A DNA stretch of 64,000 nt from Bacteroidaceae bacterium (GTDB lineage Bacteria; Bacteroidota; Bacteroidia; Bacteroidales; Bacteroidaceae): positions 5,542 through 69,541 of the forward strand of contig JAFZFO010000052.1 of assembly GCA_017555845.1 (NCBI GenBank), given 5' to 3'. Below the pieces are notes generated by a model. It searched no databases and was not told the origin of the DNA. It worked only from the letters and a program-made list of their open reading frames with translations. The position numbers and the translations under genes are program-made. The number at the start of each line of letters is the position of its first letter. Position 1 is the first letter of the stretch. Below are positions 29,662-38,948 of the stretch, in pieces.

Positions 29662-30880
29662 CGAAACCGAACGTATTAGACAATGCCACGTTCACATCTC
29701 TCTTCTGGGCCTTGTTAAATGTAAAGTTCATACGATAATCAATCTCGGGATCCTCATCGCCATCGGCGTGATTGATTGTCGGCGGTATTATTCCGTGCTC
29801 AATAGCAAGCACTGTCAACACTGCCTCCAACGCACCAGCACCACCAAGCAAGTGACCTGTCATTGATTTTGTAGAACTGATATTCAATCTGTAAGCATGT
29901 TCACCGAAAAGGTTCTTGATGGCCTTGGCCTCGGCAATATCACCTGCATATGTAGATGTACCGTGAACGTTGATATAGTCAACACTCTCAACAGGCAATC
30001 CGGCCTCATCAAGCGCAGCCTTCATCACTCGTGAAGCGCCCTCACCCTCGGGATGAGGAGCAGTAATGTGATATGCATCGGCAGTAAGACCTGTACCCAC
30101 AATTTCGGCATAAATCTTTGCGCCACGGGCTACCGCATGCTCATACTCCTCGAGAACGAGCGAAGCGGCACCTTCGGCCATCACAAAGCCGTCGCGGCTC
30201 TTGCTGAACGGGCGTGATGCAGCTTGTGGTTCATCATTACGCACGGACAAGGCATGCATGGCATTGAATGCACCCACGCCGATATTGCAAATGGCTGCCT
30301 CGGCACCACCGGATATTATCACGTCGGCTCTGCCGAGACGTATCTGGTCATATGCATCAATGATCGCGTTCGAAGACGAAGCACATGCGGATGTCGTCAC
30401 ATAATTGGGGCCTTTCAAACCATAACGGATAGAGATGATTCCGGTTGTCATATCCGATATCATCTTGGTTATCAAGAATGGTGAAAAACGTGGACCATTT
30501 TCCTGGCTAAGTGCATAAGCGCGGGCTTCGTCTTCAAGAGAGCCCAATCCTCCAATGCCTTCGCCGAATATTACACCTACCTTGTTGCAATCGACCTTCT
30601 CAAAATCGATACCACTGTCTTTGATAGCCTCAACGGCAGCCGCCACACCATAATGTGTATCGGTATCGACCTTACGGAGTTCACGACGGTCCATAGCCAC
30701 CGTAGGGTCGAAATTCTTCACTTCACAGGCAAACTGTGTCTTGAAGAGGTAGGCATCAAAACGAGTAATAGGTCCTGCGCCACTCACTCCATTAATAGCA
30801 TTTTCCCACATTGTAGGAACATCATTACCAATGGGCGAAACGGCACCAAGACCTGTTACAACAACTCTTCTAAGTTTCAT
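29618..30880 (-). CDS. fabF: Beta-ketoacyl-ACP synthase II
   Basis: 420 aa with the active-site Cys context TTSACASSSNAI, His motifs YINVHGTST and KSMTGHLLGGAG, and C-terminal NTFGFGGHN. Confidence 0.97.
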   Translation of the reverse strand: MKLRRVVVTGLGAVSPIGNDVPTMWENAINGVSGAGPITRFDAYLFKTQFACEVKNFDPTVAMDRRELRKVDTDTHYGVAAAVEAIKDSGIDFEKVDCNKVGVIFGEGIGGLGSLEDEARAYALSQENGPRFSPFLITKMISDMTTGIISIRYGLKGPNYVTTSACASSSNAIIDAYDQIRLGRADVIISGGAEAAICNIGVGAFNAMHALSVRNDEPQAASRPFSKSRDGFVMAEGAASLVLEEYEHAVARGAKIYAEIVGTGLTADAYHITAPHPEGEGASRVMKAALDEAGLPVESVDYINVHGTSTYAGDIAEAKAIKNLFGEHAYRLNISSTKSMTGHLLGGAGALEAVLTVLAIEHGIIPPTINHADGDEDPEIDYRMNFTFNKAQKRDVNVALSNTFGFGGHNASIAFKKIEG

Positions 30881-30916
30881 ATAGAATTGTTAGAGTACAG
30901 TAGGGAGAGAGAAATA

Positions 30917-31159
30917 TTACTTCTCGGCAACCTTCTCCTCTACATACTTGACAGCATCACCTACTGTCGCAATTTTCTCAGCCTGATCCTCGGGGATTGA
31001 GATACCGAACTCATCCTCGATCTCCATAATAAGCTCTACTCTATCCAATGAGTCAGCGCTCAAGTCGTTTGTAAAGTTAGCCTCTGATGTAACCTCTGAC
31101 TCTGATACACCGAACTTCTCGATGATAATAGCTTTTACTCTTGATTCAATTTCTGACAT
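30917..31159 (-). CDS. acpP: Acyl carrier protein
   Basis: Phosphopantetheine attachment site [21 protein letters not shown]. Start set at [12 protein letters not shown]. The ORF extends 14 codons further upstream. Confidence 0.95.
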   Translation of the reverse strand: MSEIESRVKAIIIEKFGVSESEVTSEANFTNDLSADSLDRVELIMEIEDEFGISIPEDQAEKIATVGDAVKYVEEKVAEK

Positions 31160-31198
31160 AATTGTAAATTTTAAAGATTTATAAATTATCTTTCGTGG

Positions 31199-31206
31199 CA
31201 AAAGTA
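31199..31206 (-). promoter_or_regulatory. -7 promoter box (TACTTTTG on the minus strand) for acpP-fabF-rnc
   Basis: Plus-strand CAAAAGTA, 40 bp upstream of the acpP start. Confidence 0.5.
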
Positions 31207-31306
31207 AGACAAAAATTAAGAACTACAAAGAATTCTATAAAAAAAACGCAAACCCCATTGCACAAATGCCGCAAAATGTGCAAAAATTAGACTAAATATA
31301 CAGCCA

Positions 31307-32362
31307 TTACACTTTTGCTTCACTCAACTTTATTGTATAGGCCGATGGCTCACGACGTAGTCGGTAATTATTGCGCAGGCTCTCAAAATCGCCAGGTGTA
31401 CCCTTCAAAACCACAGTATCATCCAGTGGAGAATATATCGCAAGCATGGCATCGCCTTCACATGACGCCTCCACAAATGGTTCTTCAGGTGCATCAAGAC
31501 GCAAGACCGGAACTTCTCCATCATAATCAATATGACGCGCAAATTCGCGCAACACAATTGATGTAGCATTGATCTTTCCCTCGGCCGAATAGCCTGCGAT
31601 ATGCGGAGTTGCTATATATACCTTATCTAAAAGAGTGAGATTGATATCCGGTTCATTCTCCCAGACATCGATTGCAGCGCACTGCACGGCACCGCTGTCA
31701 ATGGCGGCCGACAGGGCCACATTGTCCACCACAGCACCGCGCGAAGCATTGATGAACAGCCTGCAATGCTTGAGTGAAGCAAAAAAGCGTTCATCGGCAA
31801 GATGCACACTCTTATAGACACCGTCAACATTCAATGTCGGGTGGAACGTAATTATATCGCTCTGCGCCGCAACCTCTTCCAATGTCACAAGCCCGGGAAC
31901 ACCGGCATCCGCCTTTGGAGGGTCATTGGCAATGACCTTCAGCCCCACACTTTCAGCCCATGCCGCCACACGCGAACCTATCTCGCCAAGTCCCACAATT
32001 CCAAGCGTGAGCCCGGCTATAGGAGAACCATTGTCGCGCGACCATGAGTATATCACAGACTGCACATACTGCAGCACTGCGCCGGCATTGCATCCGGCCG
32101 CATTAGTCCATACAATACCGTTCTCATTACAATATGAGGCATCGATATGGTCATAACCTATTGTCGCCGTACCAATGAAACGCACAGCAGTACCCGCCAA
32201 CAGAGCGGCATCGCAACGTGTACGTGTCCGCACGAAAAGTGCCTGTGCATCAACCAGATGCAAATCGGCAACGGCATCGCCCGGCAATGCTACCACCTCC
32301 ACTCCCATCGCAACCAACGCATCGCGCAGATAGGGTATCTTTTCATCAATAACGGCCTTCAT
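31307..32362 (-). CDS. pdxB: 4-phosphoerythronate dehydrogenase
   Basis: Aligns by eye with E. coli PdxB (MK..VDEK.PY.RD...., FIGTAT.G.DH.D, NAAGCNA.AV..YV) and has the NAD-binding loop GIVGLGEIG. Start preferred at MKAVIDEKIPYL (32362). The -7 box at 32386-32393 leaves no leader for the Met at 32380. Confidence 0.9.
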   Translation of the reverse strand: MKAVIDEKIPYLRDALVAMGVEVVALPGDAVADLHLVDAQALFVRTRTRCDAALLAGTAVRFIGTATIGYDHIDASYCNENGIVWTNAAGCNAGAVLQYVQSVIYSWSRDNGSPIAGLTLGIVGLGEIGSRVAAWAESVGLKVIANDPPKADAGVPGLVTLEEVAAQSDIITFHPTLNVDGVYKSVHLADERFFASLKHCRLFINASRGAVVDNVALSAAIDSGAVQCAAIDVWENEPDINLTLLDKVYIATPHIAGYSAEGKINATSIVLREFARHIDYDGEVPVLRLDAPEEPFVEASCEGDAMLAIYSPLDDTVVLKGTPGDFESLRNNYRLRREPSAYTIKLSEAKV

Positions 32363-32383
32363 ATCTGTATTCTTTTTCACTTC

Positions 32384-32465
32384 CGCAAAGATAACAACAA
32401 ACGAGCGAGAAATATCAAGCTTGCCTGGATATTTATTACAGCGAGTGCAGTATATATTGGAGATT
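32384..32465. repeat. Dispersed copy of the 84-bp recF-upstream repeat; it carries the pdxB -7 box
   Basis: CCGCAAAGATAACAACAAACGAGCGAGAAATATCAAG....ACAGCGAGTGCAGTATATATTGGAG aligns with repeat copy 2 at 16596-16679 (CGCAAAGATAGCAACAAGCGAGCGAGAAATATGAAG....CACTGCAGGTGCAGTATATCTTCGAG). CAAAGATA at 32386-32393 reads as TATCTTTG on the minus strand. Confidence 0.85.
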
Positions 32466-32530
32466 CATCTCAAATATAACAAGTTGGAGCGAGTTTTGGA
32501 GTAAAGTTTTGCAGTTAAGATTAAAATCGT

Positions 32531-32538
32531 TAGTTTTG
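32531..32538 (+). promoter_or_regulatory. -7 promoter box TAGTTTTG upstream of the DUF4254/GT9 cluster
   Basis: Exact TAnnTTTG match, 70 bp upstream of the ATG at 32608. Confidence 0.45.
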
Positions 32539-32607
32539 CATATAAATAGCAGAACAAAACAGCACAGCCTGATGTATTAAACTAACAGGCATTCAAAAAG
32601 AGACAAT

Positions 32608-33219
32608 ATGGAAAGATTCACCGAAATGAGTTGGCCAATCTTCAACGAGGCCATTGCCGACTACCACAAGACAGATAATGTAGACACTCCAATAGACAAC
32701 CCCTATCCGGTAAAGAGCATCGAGTACTACCTATATCTGAAATGTTGGATCGACACCGTACAGTGGCATTTCGAGGACATCATACGCGACCCCAACATTG
32801 ACCCCGTCGAGGCTTTGACACTGAAACGCCGCATCGACAAGTCAAACCAGGACCGTACCGACCTTGTAGAGCTGATAGACAGCTATTTTCTTGACATGTA
32901 TAAGGACGTGACACCGCTTGATGGTGCTACAATCAATACAGAAAGCCCCGCCTGGGCGGTAGACCGTTATTCAATCCTCTCGCTCAAGATATACCATATG
33001 CAGGAGGAGGTAAACCGCACCGATGTAGATGAGGAGCACCGTGCAAAATGCCAGGCAAAGCTCAATGTCCTTAACGAGCAGTACAAGGACATGACAACAT
33101 CCATAGGCCAGTTGCTTGATGACATTGCAGCAGGCCGCAAGTACATGAAGGTTTACCGACAGATGAAGATGTACAATGACCCTGCACTCAACCCTGTGCT
33201 CTATGGTTCAAAAAAATAA
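32608..33219 (+). CDS. DUF4254 domain protein
   Basis: 203 aa. The conserved blocks WIDTVQWHFEDIIRDPNIDP, LKRRIDKSNQDRTDLVE, SPAWAVDRYSILSLKIYHM and GRKYMKVYRQMKMYNDP match my memory of this Bacteroidetes family, which normally sits next to a GT9 gene. Confidence 0.75.
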   Translation: MERFTEMSWPIFNEAIADYHKTDNVDTPIDNPYPVKSIEYYLYLKCWIDTVQWHFEDIIRDPNIDPVEALTLKRRIDKSNQDRTDLVELIDSYFLDMYKDVTPLDGATINTESPAWAVDRYSILSLKIYHMQEEVNRTDVDEEHRAKCQAKLNVLNEQYKDMTTSIGQLLDDIAAGRKYMKVYRQMKMYNDPALNPVLYGSKK

Positions 33220-34264
33220 CACAAAGACCATACTTATAACACGCTTCTCGGCTGTGGGCGACATAGCAATGACTATTCCATTGTTATATTCGCTTAGCGA
33301 GACTTACCCAGCGCACCGTTTCATCTTTGTCAGCCGCGAACGGTTCGGACAATTCTTCATAAACAAACCGCAGAACCTTGATTTCATAGGGATCAATACG
33401 GCAAATTACAAAGGACTCCATGGCCTTTACAGACTCTATCGCGAACTGTCGGAGCTGAAACCCGACGCTTTTGCCGACCTGCACGATGTCCTGAGAACAA
33501 AGATCCTGAGGACATACTTCAGGCTGTTCAGCAGAACAGAAGTCGCATACATTGACAAAGGCCGCAAGGAAAAGCGACAACTGATAAAGCCAAACAATAA
33601 AAACAAGAGCGCACTCAAAAGTACCTTTGAGCGCTACTGCGATGTCTTCACGCGTCTCAACATGCCTTTTACACCGGATTTTTCATCACTTTTCGGCAAT
33701 GGCAAGGGGGACATTGATGACCTGTCGGCAACAATTCCACCAAAGGGCAATGACCATTGGATAGGCATTGCGCCATTTGCACGCCACAATGGCAAAATAT
33801 ACCCATTGGACAAAATGGAGAAGGTCGTGGAACTGCTTTCGGGACGGGAGCACATCAAGCTCATTTTCTTCGGCAATGGCCCCAAGGAGGAGAAAACCAT
33901 CAATAACTGGTGCAGCAGATACCCAAACACCATATCATTCATCGGCAAGAGCAACTTCAATGGCGAGCTACGTCTCATCAGCCGCCTCGACGCAATGGTA
34001 TGTATGGATTCGGCCAACATGCACATGGCCTCACTTGCAGGCACACCGGCAATATCCATATGGGGAGCGACATCGCCTTTGGCAGGTTTCCTTGGATGGA
34101 AGCAGGACAAGGAAGATTGCATTGAGTTGCCTTTGGAATGCCGCCCATGCTCTATATTCGGCAACAAGCCTTGCCGTTTTGGCGACTACCGTTGCATGGA
34201 TATTCCACCGCAGACAATAGCGGACAAGATCATACACAAAACAGAACAGAACAAAAACAGATAA
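33203..34264 (+). CDS. Glycosyltransferase family 9 (heptosyltransferase-like LPS-core transferase)
   Basis: ILITRFSAVGDIAMTIPLL at the N-terminus, GIAPFARH, and C-terminal D..NMHMASL.GTP..SIWG.T.P, typical of the GT9 fold. Start set at MVQKNNTK (33203), overlapping the DUF4254 3' end. Confidence 0.85.
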   Translation: MVQKNNTKTILITRFSAVGDIAMTIPLLYSLSETYPAHRFIFVSRERFGQFFINKPQNLDFIGINTANYKGLHGLYRLYRELSELKPDAFADLHDVLRTKILRTYFRLFSRTEVAYIDKGRKEKRQLIKPNNKNKSALKSTFERYCDVFTRLNMPFTPDFSSLFGNGKGDIDDLSATIPPKGNDHWIGIAPFARHNGKIYPLDKMEKVVELLSGREHIKLIFFGNGPKEEKTINNWCSRYPNTISFIGKSNFNGELRLISRLDAMVCMDSANMHMASLAGTPAISIWGATSPLAGFLGWKQDKEDCIELPLECRPCSIFGNKPCRFGDYRCMDIPPQTIADKIIHKTEQNKNR

Positions 34265-34267
34265 ACA

Positions 34268-34993
34268 ATGCAGACAATCACCAACAAGGAAAAAGACCCC
34301 ATGGGAATGGCGATTTCCGACTATTACCACACAGGTAAAGCGGGTAAGCTCAGAGTTCTCTCATCTATGTTCTACGAAGACGAGATTCCCGTTGCCACCC
34401 TGTTCCGCGATTTCGATGAAATGCCGATTCAGGAGCAGAAGGCAATAGAGCTGTGCCGCGGCAAGATACTCGATGTTGGTGCCGGCAGCGGTTGCCACAG
34501 CGTCATTCTCAAGGAGCGTGGACATGAGACTGTTGCCATAGACATATCGGAGCTGTCGGTTGAAGTAATGAGAGAGAGAGGCATTGATGCCCGCAACACC
34601 AACTTCTTCGACGAGACATTCACCGAGAAGTTCGACACCATCCTGCTTGCAATGAACGGCATCGGCATTGTTGGCAAGATTGACAACCTGCCAGCATTCT
34701 TCCGCAGCATCAAACGCCTGCTGGCACCCGGTGGTCAGGTATTGCTTGACTCGTCGGATATCCGATACATCTTCATGGATGAGGACGGCGGCATGGACAT
34801 AGACCTTGCAGCCGGATATTATGGCGAGATAGACTACAAGATGCGCTACAAGAACATCACAGGCAAACCTTTCGATTGGCTCTACATTGACTTTGACACC
34901 CTCTCAATGTATGCCGAAGAGCACGGACTCATCTGCGAGAAGTGCATTGACGGCGAACATTACGACTATCTGGCACGCATAACACTCAAATAA
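34268..34993 (+). CDS. Class I SAM-dependent methyltransferase
   Basis: Motif I ILDVGAGSGCHS and post-I VAIDIS. 241 aa. Substrate unknown. Confidence 0.8.
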   Translation: MQTITNKEKDPMGMAISDYYHTGKAGKLRVLSSMFYEDEIPVATLFRDFDEMPIQEQKAIELCRGKILDVGAGSGCHSVILKERGHETVAIDISELSVEVMRERGIDARNTNFFDETFTEKFDTILLAMNGIGIVGKIDNLPAFFRSIKRLLAPGGQVLLDSSDIRYIFMDEDGGMDIDLAAGYYGEIDYKMRYKNITGKPFDWLYIDFDTLSMYAEEHGLICEKCIDGEHYDYLARITLK

Positions 34994-35041
34994 CTCAAGG
35001 GATAGTACAACCCATACCCTGTCCGAAACACAGGCAAAGAG

Positions 35042-36169
35042 ATGATCGGAATCATTGACAAGAAGGACTGTTGCGGATGCAGCGCTTGTGCACAGCGTTG
35101 CCCAAGGCACTGCATCACAATGCAGAGCGACAAGGAGGGTTTCCTGTATCCTGTTGTCGACAAGCACCAATGTACTGATTGCGGATTGTGCAACAGAGTA
35201 TGCCCGGTCATCAACCGGAAACCGGCACAGCAACCCATAGCCGCCTATGCTGCAACAAACAGCAACCAGGCTATAAGAGAGCAAAGTTCATCGGGCGGAA
35301 TCTTCACACAACTCGCCGAGGCAACAATAAACGACGGCGGTGTTGTCTTTGGAGCGGCGTTCAACAAGAATTGGGAGGTTGAGCACATATTTGTTGACAA
35401 TGTAGATGACTTGAGCAGACTGCGCGGCAGTAAATACGTGCAGAGCCGCATAGGCAACAGCTATGCAATAGCCGAGAAATTCCTGAAAGAAGGCAAAGAG
35501 GTCCTTTTCAGCGGCACACCTTGCCAGATTGCAGGCCTCAAGAGATTCCTGCGCAAGGAATACGACAACTTGAAGGCCATTGACATTGCCTGCCATGGAA
35601 CGCCAAGCCCTTGGATCTGGAAAAGTTATCTTGATGAAATCTGCCATGCAAACAACATCTCGAACATTAGCGGTATCCAGTTCCGCAACAAGACAGAGGG
35701 ATGGAAAAGATATAGCTTTGTCATCAAATACACCGGATGCAACGGACAAGAATGCGAATTCCGCGAAACAATGGACAAGAACCTTTTCATGAAAAGTTTC
35801 CTCAGCGACCTTTGCCTTCGCCCATCGTGCCACAAGTGCCCTGCCCGCAGTGGCAAAAGCGGTAGCGACATCACACTTGCCGACCTGTGGGGCGCACAGC
35901 ATATCTGCCCTGAAATTGATGATGACAAAGGGCTCTCATTTGTGATTGTATGGAGAGATGGCAATATGCCGCAATGCAACATGAGAGCAATCCCATACAG
36001 CGAGGCACTGAAGTACAATCCATCACTTGAACACGATAGCAGAGAACGCAAAAGACGAAAGAAATTCTTCAGGTTGGCAAAGAGAAAAGGCGTCTGCCAA
36101 TCCACTGTGCAGTGTACCACAAAAAGCAGCCTGTCAATGTTCTGGAAAAAGATCAAAGGTCTGTTTTAA
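35042..36169 (+). CDS. 4Fe-4S ferredoxin-domain protein fused to an FrhB-like (coenzyme F420 hydrogenase/dehydrogenase beta subunit family) domain
   Basis: Two CxxCxxCxxxCP clusters at the N-terminus (CCGCSACAQRCP and CTDCGLCNRVCP), followed by SSSGG...GTPCQIAGL...CHGTPS blocks typical of the FrhB family seen in polysaccharide loci. Confidence 0.75.
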   Translation: MIGIIDKKDCCGCSACAQRCPRHCITMQSDKEGFLYPVVDKHQCTDCGLCNRVCPVINRKPAQQPIAAYAATNSNQAIREQSSSGGIFTQLAEATINDGGVVFGAAFNKNWEVEHIFVDNVDDLSRLRGSKYVQSRIGNSYAIAEKFLKEGKEVLFSGTPCQIAGLKRFLRKEYDNLKAIDIACHGTPSPWIWKSYLDEICHANNISNISGIQFRNKTEGWKRYSFVIKYTGCNGQECEFRETMDKNLFMKSFLSDLCLRPSCHKCPARSGKSGSDITLADLWGAQHICPEIDDDKGLSFVIVWRDGNMPQCNMRAIPYSEALKYNPSLEHDSRERKRRKKFFRLAKRKGVCQSTVQCTTKSSLSMFWKKIKGLF

Positions 36170-36179
36170 CCACGAACGA

Positions 36180-37124
36180 ATGATGCAACAAGGTCTTATA
36201 GGTGTAATAGTTCCGGTATACAGAACCGGGAAGTATATCAAGGAGTGCATTGAAAGTATTCTCGCACAATCATATACAAAATTCCGTCTTGTTCTTGTTG
36301 ATGACGGCACTCCCGACAATGCCGGTCACATATGCGACGAATACGCAAAAACAGACCCACGCATAACCGTCATCCATCAGCAGAATGCCGGTGTAACCCA
36401 AGCACGCGCCTGCGGAGTCAAGGAAGCCGACGGGTGCGAATTCATCACATTTGTCGACAGCGATGACACCATAGCGGCAGATTATCTGGAAACATTGCAT
36501 GATGCCATGAATGACAAGGTCGACATTGTCATCAACGAGCGCGACATACACCCGGCAAATCTTCCAAGAGAGAGATACATAGAGCAACTGTTTGTGGGCG
36601 GCAAAGGAAGTGTTGACCCCGGCCCATGCAGCAAGCTGTTCCGCAAGAAGCTTTTCAAGAATTCCACTTTTGACATTCCCCGTACCATTGTTGTCGGGGA
36701 GGATATGCTGATGAACATAAGGCTCGCATTCGCAAGTGACAAAAGCGGCATTACCATTACCAACAAGCCGGGAATATACTATTACAGGCAGAATGAAGGC
36801 AGTATAATGCACTCGTTCAAGTCGACACCCGAATATGAGCAACTATATCACCTACACCTGACATCTTCAATTCCCGCTGAAGAGAGAGAGAACTACTTCG
36901 TGTTCACAATAAAGAACCGATTGAAAAGTTTCAAGAATTTCTATGGTAAAAGATGTAGCGTAAAAGGGATGAAGGAGACCATGTTCTATCAGGAGCTCAA
37001 AAGCGATATCGAGAAATACCGATATGACATGCCCGTTGTCGAAAGGATTCTGTTTACAAATGAGAACCCTGCCGTCCGCCTTTTCGTTTTAGCCACAAGG
37101 GGCTTATTGAAACTTTTCCGATAA
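36180..37124 (+). CDS. Glycosyltransferase family 2
   Basis: IGVIVPVYRTGKYIKECIESILAQSY, LVLVDDGTPD, and FVDSDD (DxD). Start set at MMQQGL (36180). The ORF from 36027 overlaps the previous gene. Confidence 0.88.
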   Translation: MMQQGLIGVIVPVYRTGKYIKECIESILAQSYTKFRLVLVDDGTPDNAGHICDEYAKTDPRITVIHQQNAGVTQARACGVKEADGCEFITFVDSDDTIAADYLETLHDAMNDKVDIVINERDIHPANLPRERYIEQLFVGGKGSVDPGPCSKLFRKKLFKNSTFDIPRTIVVGEDMLMNIRLAFASDKSGITITNKPGIYYYRQNEGSIMHSFKSTPEYEQLYHLHLTSSIPAEERENYFVFTIKNRLKSFKNFYGKRCSVKGMKETMFYQELKSDIEKYRYDMPVVERILFTNENPAVRLFVLATRGLLKLFR

Positions 37125-37170
37125 GCCGTCCTATGACCAATATCCAAACGGGAAATCAACCGGATCTCTA

Positions 37171-38805
37171 TTATTTACGCTCCAGTTCGCTGAGTTCCTC
37201 CATCTTCTTTGCTGCGAGGAATTCATAGATTCCGCACAGGTGCTCACGTACCTTGCCGTGGCCGAATTCATAGACCTTTGTAACAAGCCCGTCAAGGAAG
37301 TCGCGGTCGTGGCTCACGCAGATGAGTGTACCGTCATAATCCTGCAGCGCCTGTTTGAGGATATCCTTTGTCTTGAGGTCGAGGTGGTTGGTAGGCTCAT
37401 CGAGAATGAGCAGGTTCACCGGTTCAAGCAACAGCTTGAGCAATGCAAGGCGTGTGCGCTCACCACCGGAAAGCACCTTTACCTTCTTTGTGCTGGCCTC
37501 ACCACCGAACATGAATGCACCGAGCAGGTCGCGGATCTTGTTACGGATCTCACCCTTGGCAACATCATCGATTGTCTGGAACACAGTAAGTTCCTCATCG
37601 AGCAACGAAGCCTGGTTTTGAGCAAAATAACCTATCTGCACATTGTGGCCAAGCTGCAACGAGCCCTCGTGCTCAAGTTCCTTCATTATACATTTTACAA
37701 GAGTTGACTTACCCTCACCGTTGCGGCCTACGAATGCGACCTTGTTGCCACGCTCGATGGTAAGTGTTGCGCCTGAGAAGATACGTTTCTCGCCAAAGGC
37801 CTTGCCCGCGCCATCCATAATCACAGGATACTGTCCTGCACGTGGCGATGGCGGGAACTTGAGACGCAATGCCGATGTATCCTCCTCGTCAACCTCTATG
37901 ATCTCCAATTTCTCGAGCATCTTCACGCGGCTCTGCACCTGCAGGGTCTTTGAGTATGTTCCCTTGAAACGCTCAATGAAGTCCTTGGTCTCCTGGATCA
38001 TCTTCTGCTGCTCCTCGTACTGCTTCATCTGCTGCTGACGGCGCTCGGCACGCAACACAAGATACTGCGAGTAGTTGACCTTGTAGTCATAGATGCGCCC
38101 CATTGTAACCTCAATGGTACGGGTTGTTATGTTGTCCACAAACTTACGGTCGTGGCTGATGACAACAACAGCCTTGCCATTGTTCACAAGAAACTCCTCG
38201 AGCCAGCCGATAGACTCGATATCAAGGTGGTTGGTAGGCTCGTCGAGCAGCAGCACATCGGGATTGCGCAGAAGCATCTTTGCAAGTTCTATACGCATGC
38301 GCCATCCGCCGCTGAACTCGCTTGTCTGGCGGTTAAAATCCTTGCGCTCAAAACCAAGACCAAGGAGAGTCTTCTCGACATCCTCCTCAAAGTGGGTCAT
38401 GTCAATGGCATAGAACTTCTCGCTCTTTGTGGCAACCTCCTCAATGAGAGCCATATAGTCATCGCTCTCGTAATCGGTGCGGGTAGCAAGCTCGTTATTC
38501 ATGCGGTCAAGCTCGGCCTCCATCTCATAGAGATGGGCAAAGGCCTGCGATGCCTCTTCAAAGACGGTACGTCCGTCCTCGGTCATCAGGTGCTGTGGCA
38601 AATAGGCAATGACGGTATCCTTTGGTGCAGACACTGTGCCGCGGGATGCCGTGCGCACACCTGCAAGTATCTTCAATAGGGTACTCTTTCCGGCACCGTT
38701 CTTGCCCATGAGGGCAATGCGGTCCTTCTCATTAATCACAAACGAAACATCACTGAAAAGCGTTGTTCCACCAAACTCTACAGCCAATCCATCGACCGAA
38801 ACCAT
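37171..38805 (-). CDS. ABC-F family ATPase (translation-associated; two ABC domains, no TM domain)
   Basis: Two Walker A motifs (GKNGAGKST and GRNGEGKST), two signatures (FSGGWRMR and LSGGERTR), two Walker B motifs (LLLDEPTNHLD and LILDEPTNHLD), and a charged inter-domain linker. Start set at MVSVDGLAVEF (38805). Confidence 0.92.
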   Translation of the reverse strand: MVSVDGLAVEFGGTTLFSDVSFVINEKDRIALMGKNGAGKSTLLKILAGVRTASRGTVSAPKDTVIAYLPQHLMTEDGRTVFEEASQAFAHLYEMEAELDRMNNELATRTDYESDDYMALIEEVATKSEKFYAIDMTHFEEDVEKTLLGLGFERKDFNRQTSEFSGGWRMRIELAKMLLRNPDVLLLDEPTNHLDIESIGWLEEFLVNNGKAVVVISHDRKFVDNITTRTIEVTMGRIYDYKVNYSQYLVLRAERRQQQMKQYEEQQKMIQETKDFIERFKGTYSKTLQVQSRVKMLEKLEIIEVDEEDTSALRLKFPPSPRAGQYPVIMDGAGKAFGEKRIFSGATLTIERGNKVAFVGRNGEGKSTLVKCIMKELEHEGSLQLGHNVQIGYFAQNQASLLDEELTVFQTIDDVAKGEIRNKIRDLLGAFMFGGEASTKKVKVLSGGERTRLALLKLLLEPVNLLILDEPTNHLDLKTKDILKQALQDYDGTLICVSHDRDFLDGLVTKVYEFGHGKVREHLCGIYEFLAAKKMEELSELERK

Positions 38806-38848
38806 ATATAAAAGACTTTTTAAATTATAATTCGTAATATTTGCAGTG

Positions 38849-38856
38849 CAAAGATA
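38849..38856 (-). promoter_or_regulatory. -7 promoter box (TATCTTTG on the minus strand) for the ABC-F gene
   Basis: Plus-strand CAAAGATA, 44 bp upstream of the start at 38805. Confidence 0.5.
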
Positions 38857-38887
38857 GTGAATTGTTGCTGTTTTAGAGCAAAAAAAG

Positions 38888-38895
38888 TAAATTTG
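38888..38895 (+). promoter_or_regulatory. -7 promoter box TAAATTTG for thrA
   Basis: Exact TAnnTTTG match, 54 bp upstream of the ATG at 38949. It is divergent from the ABC-F promoter. Confidence 0.5.
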
Positions 38896-38948
38896 CACCT
38901 TGAGATTTGCAGAAGTAACAAAATACTGCACATTTAAACGACTGTAGA

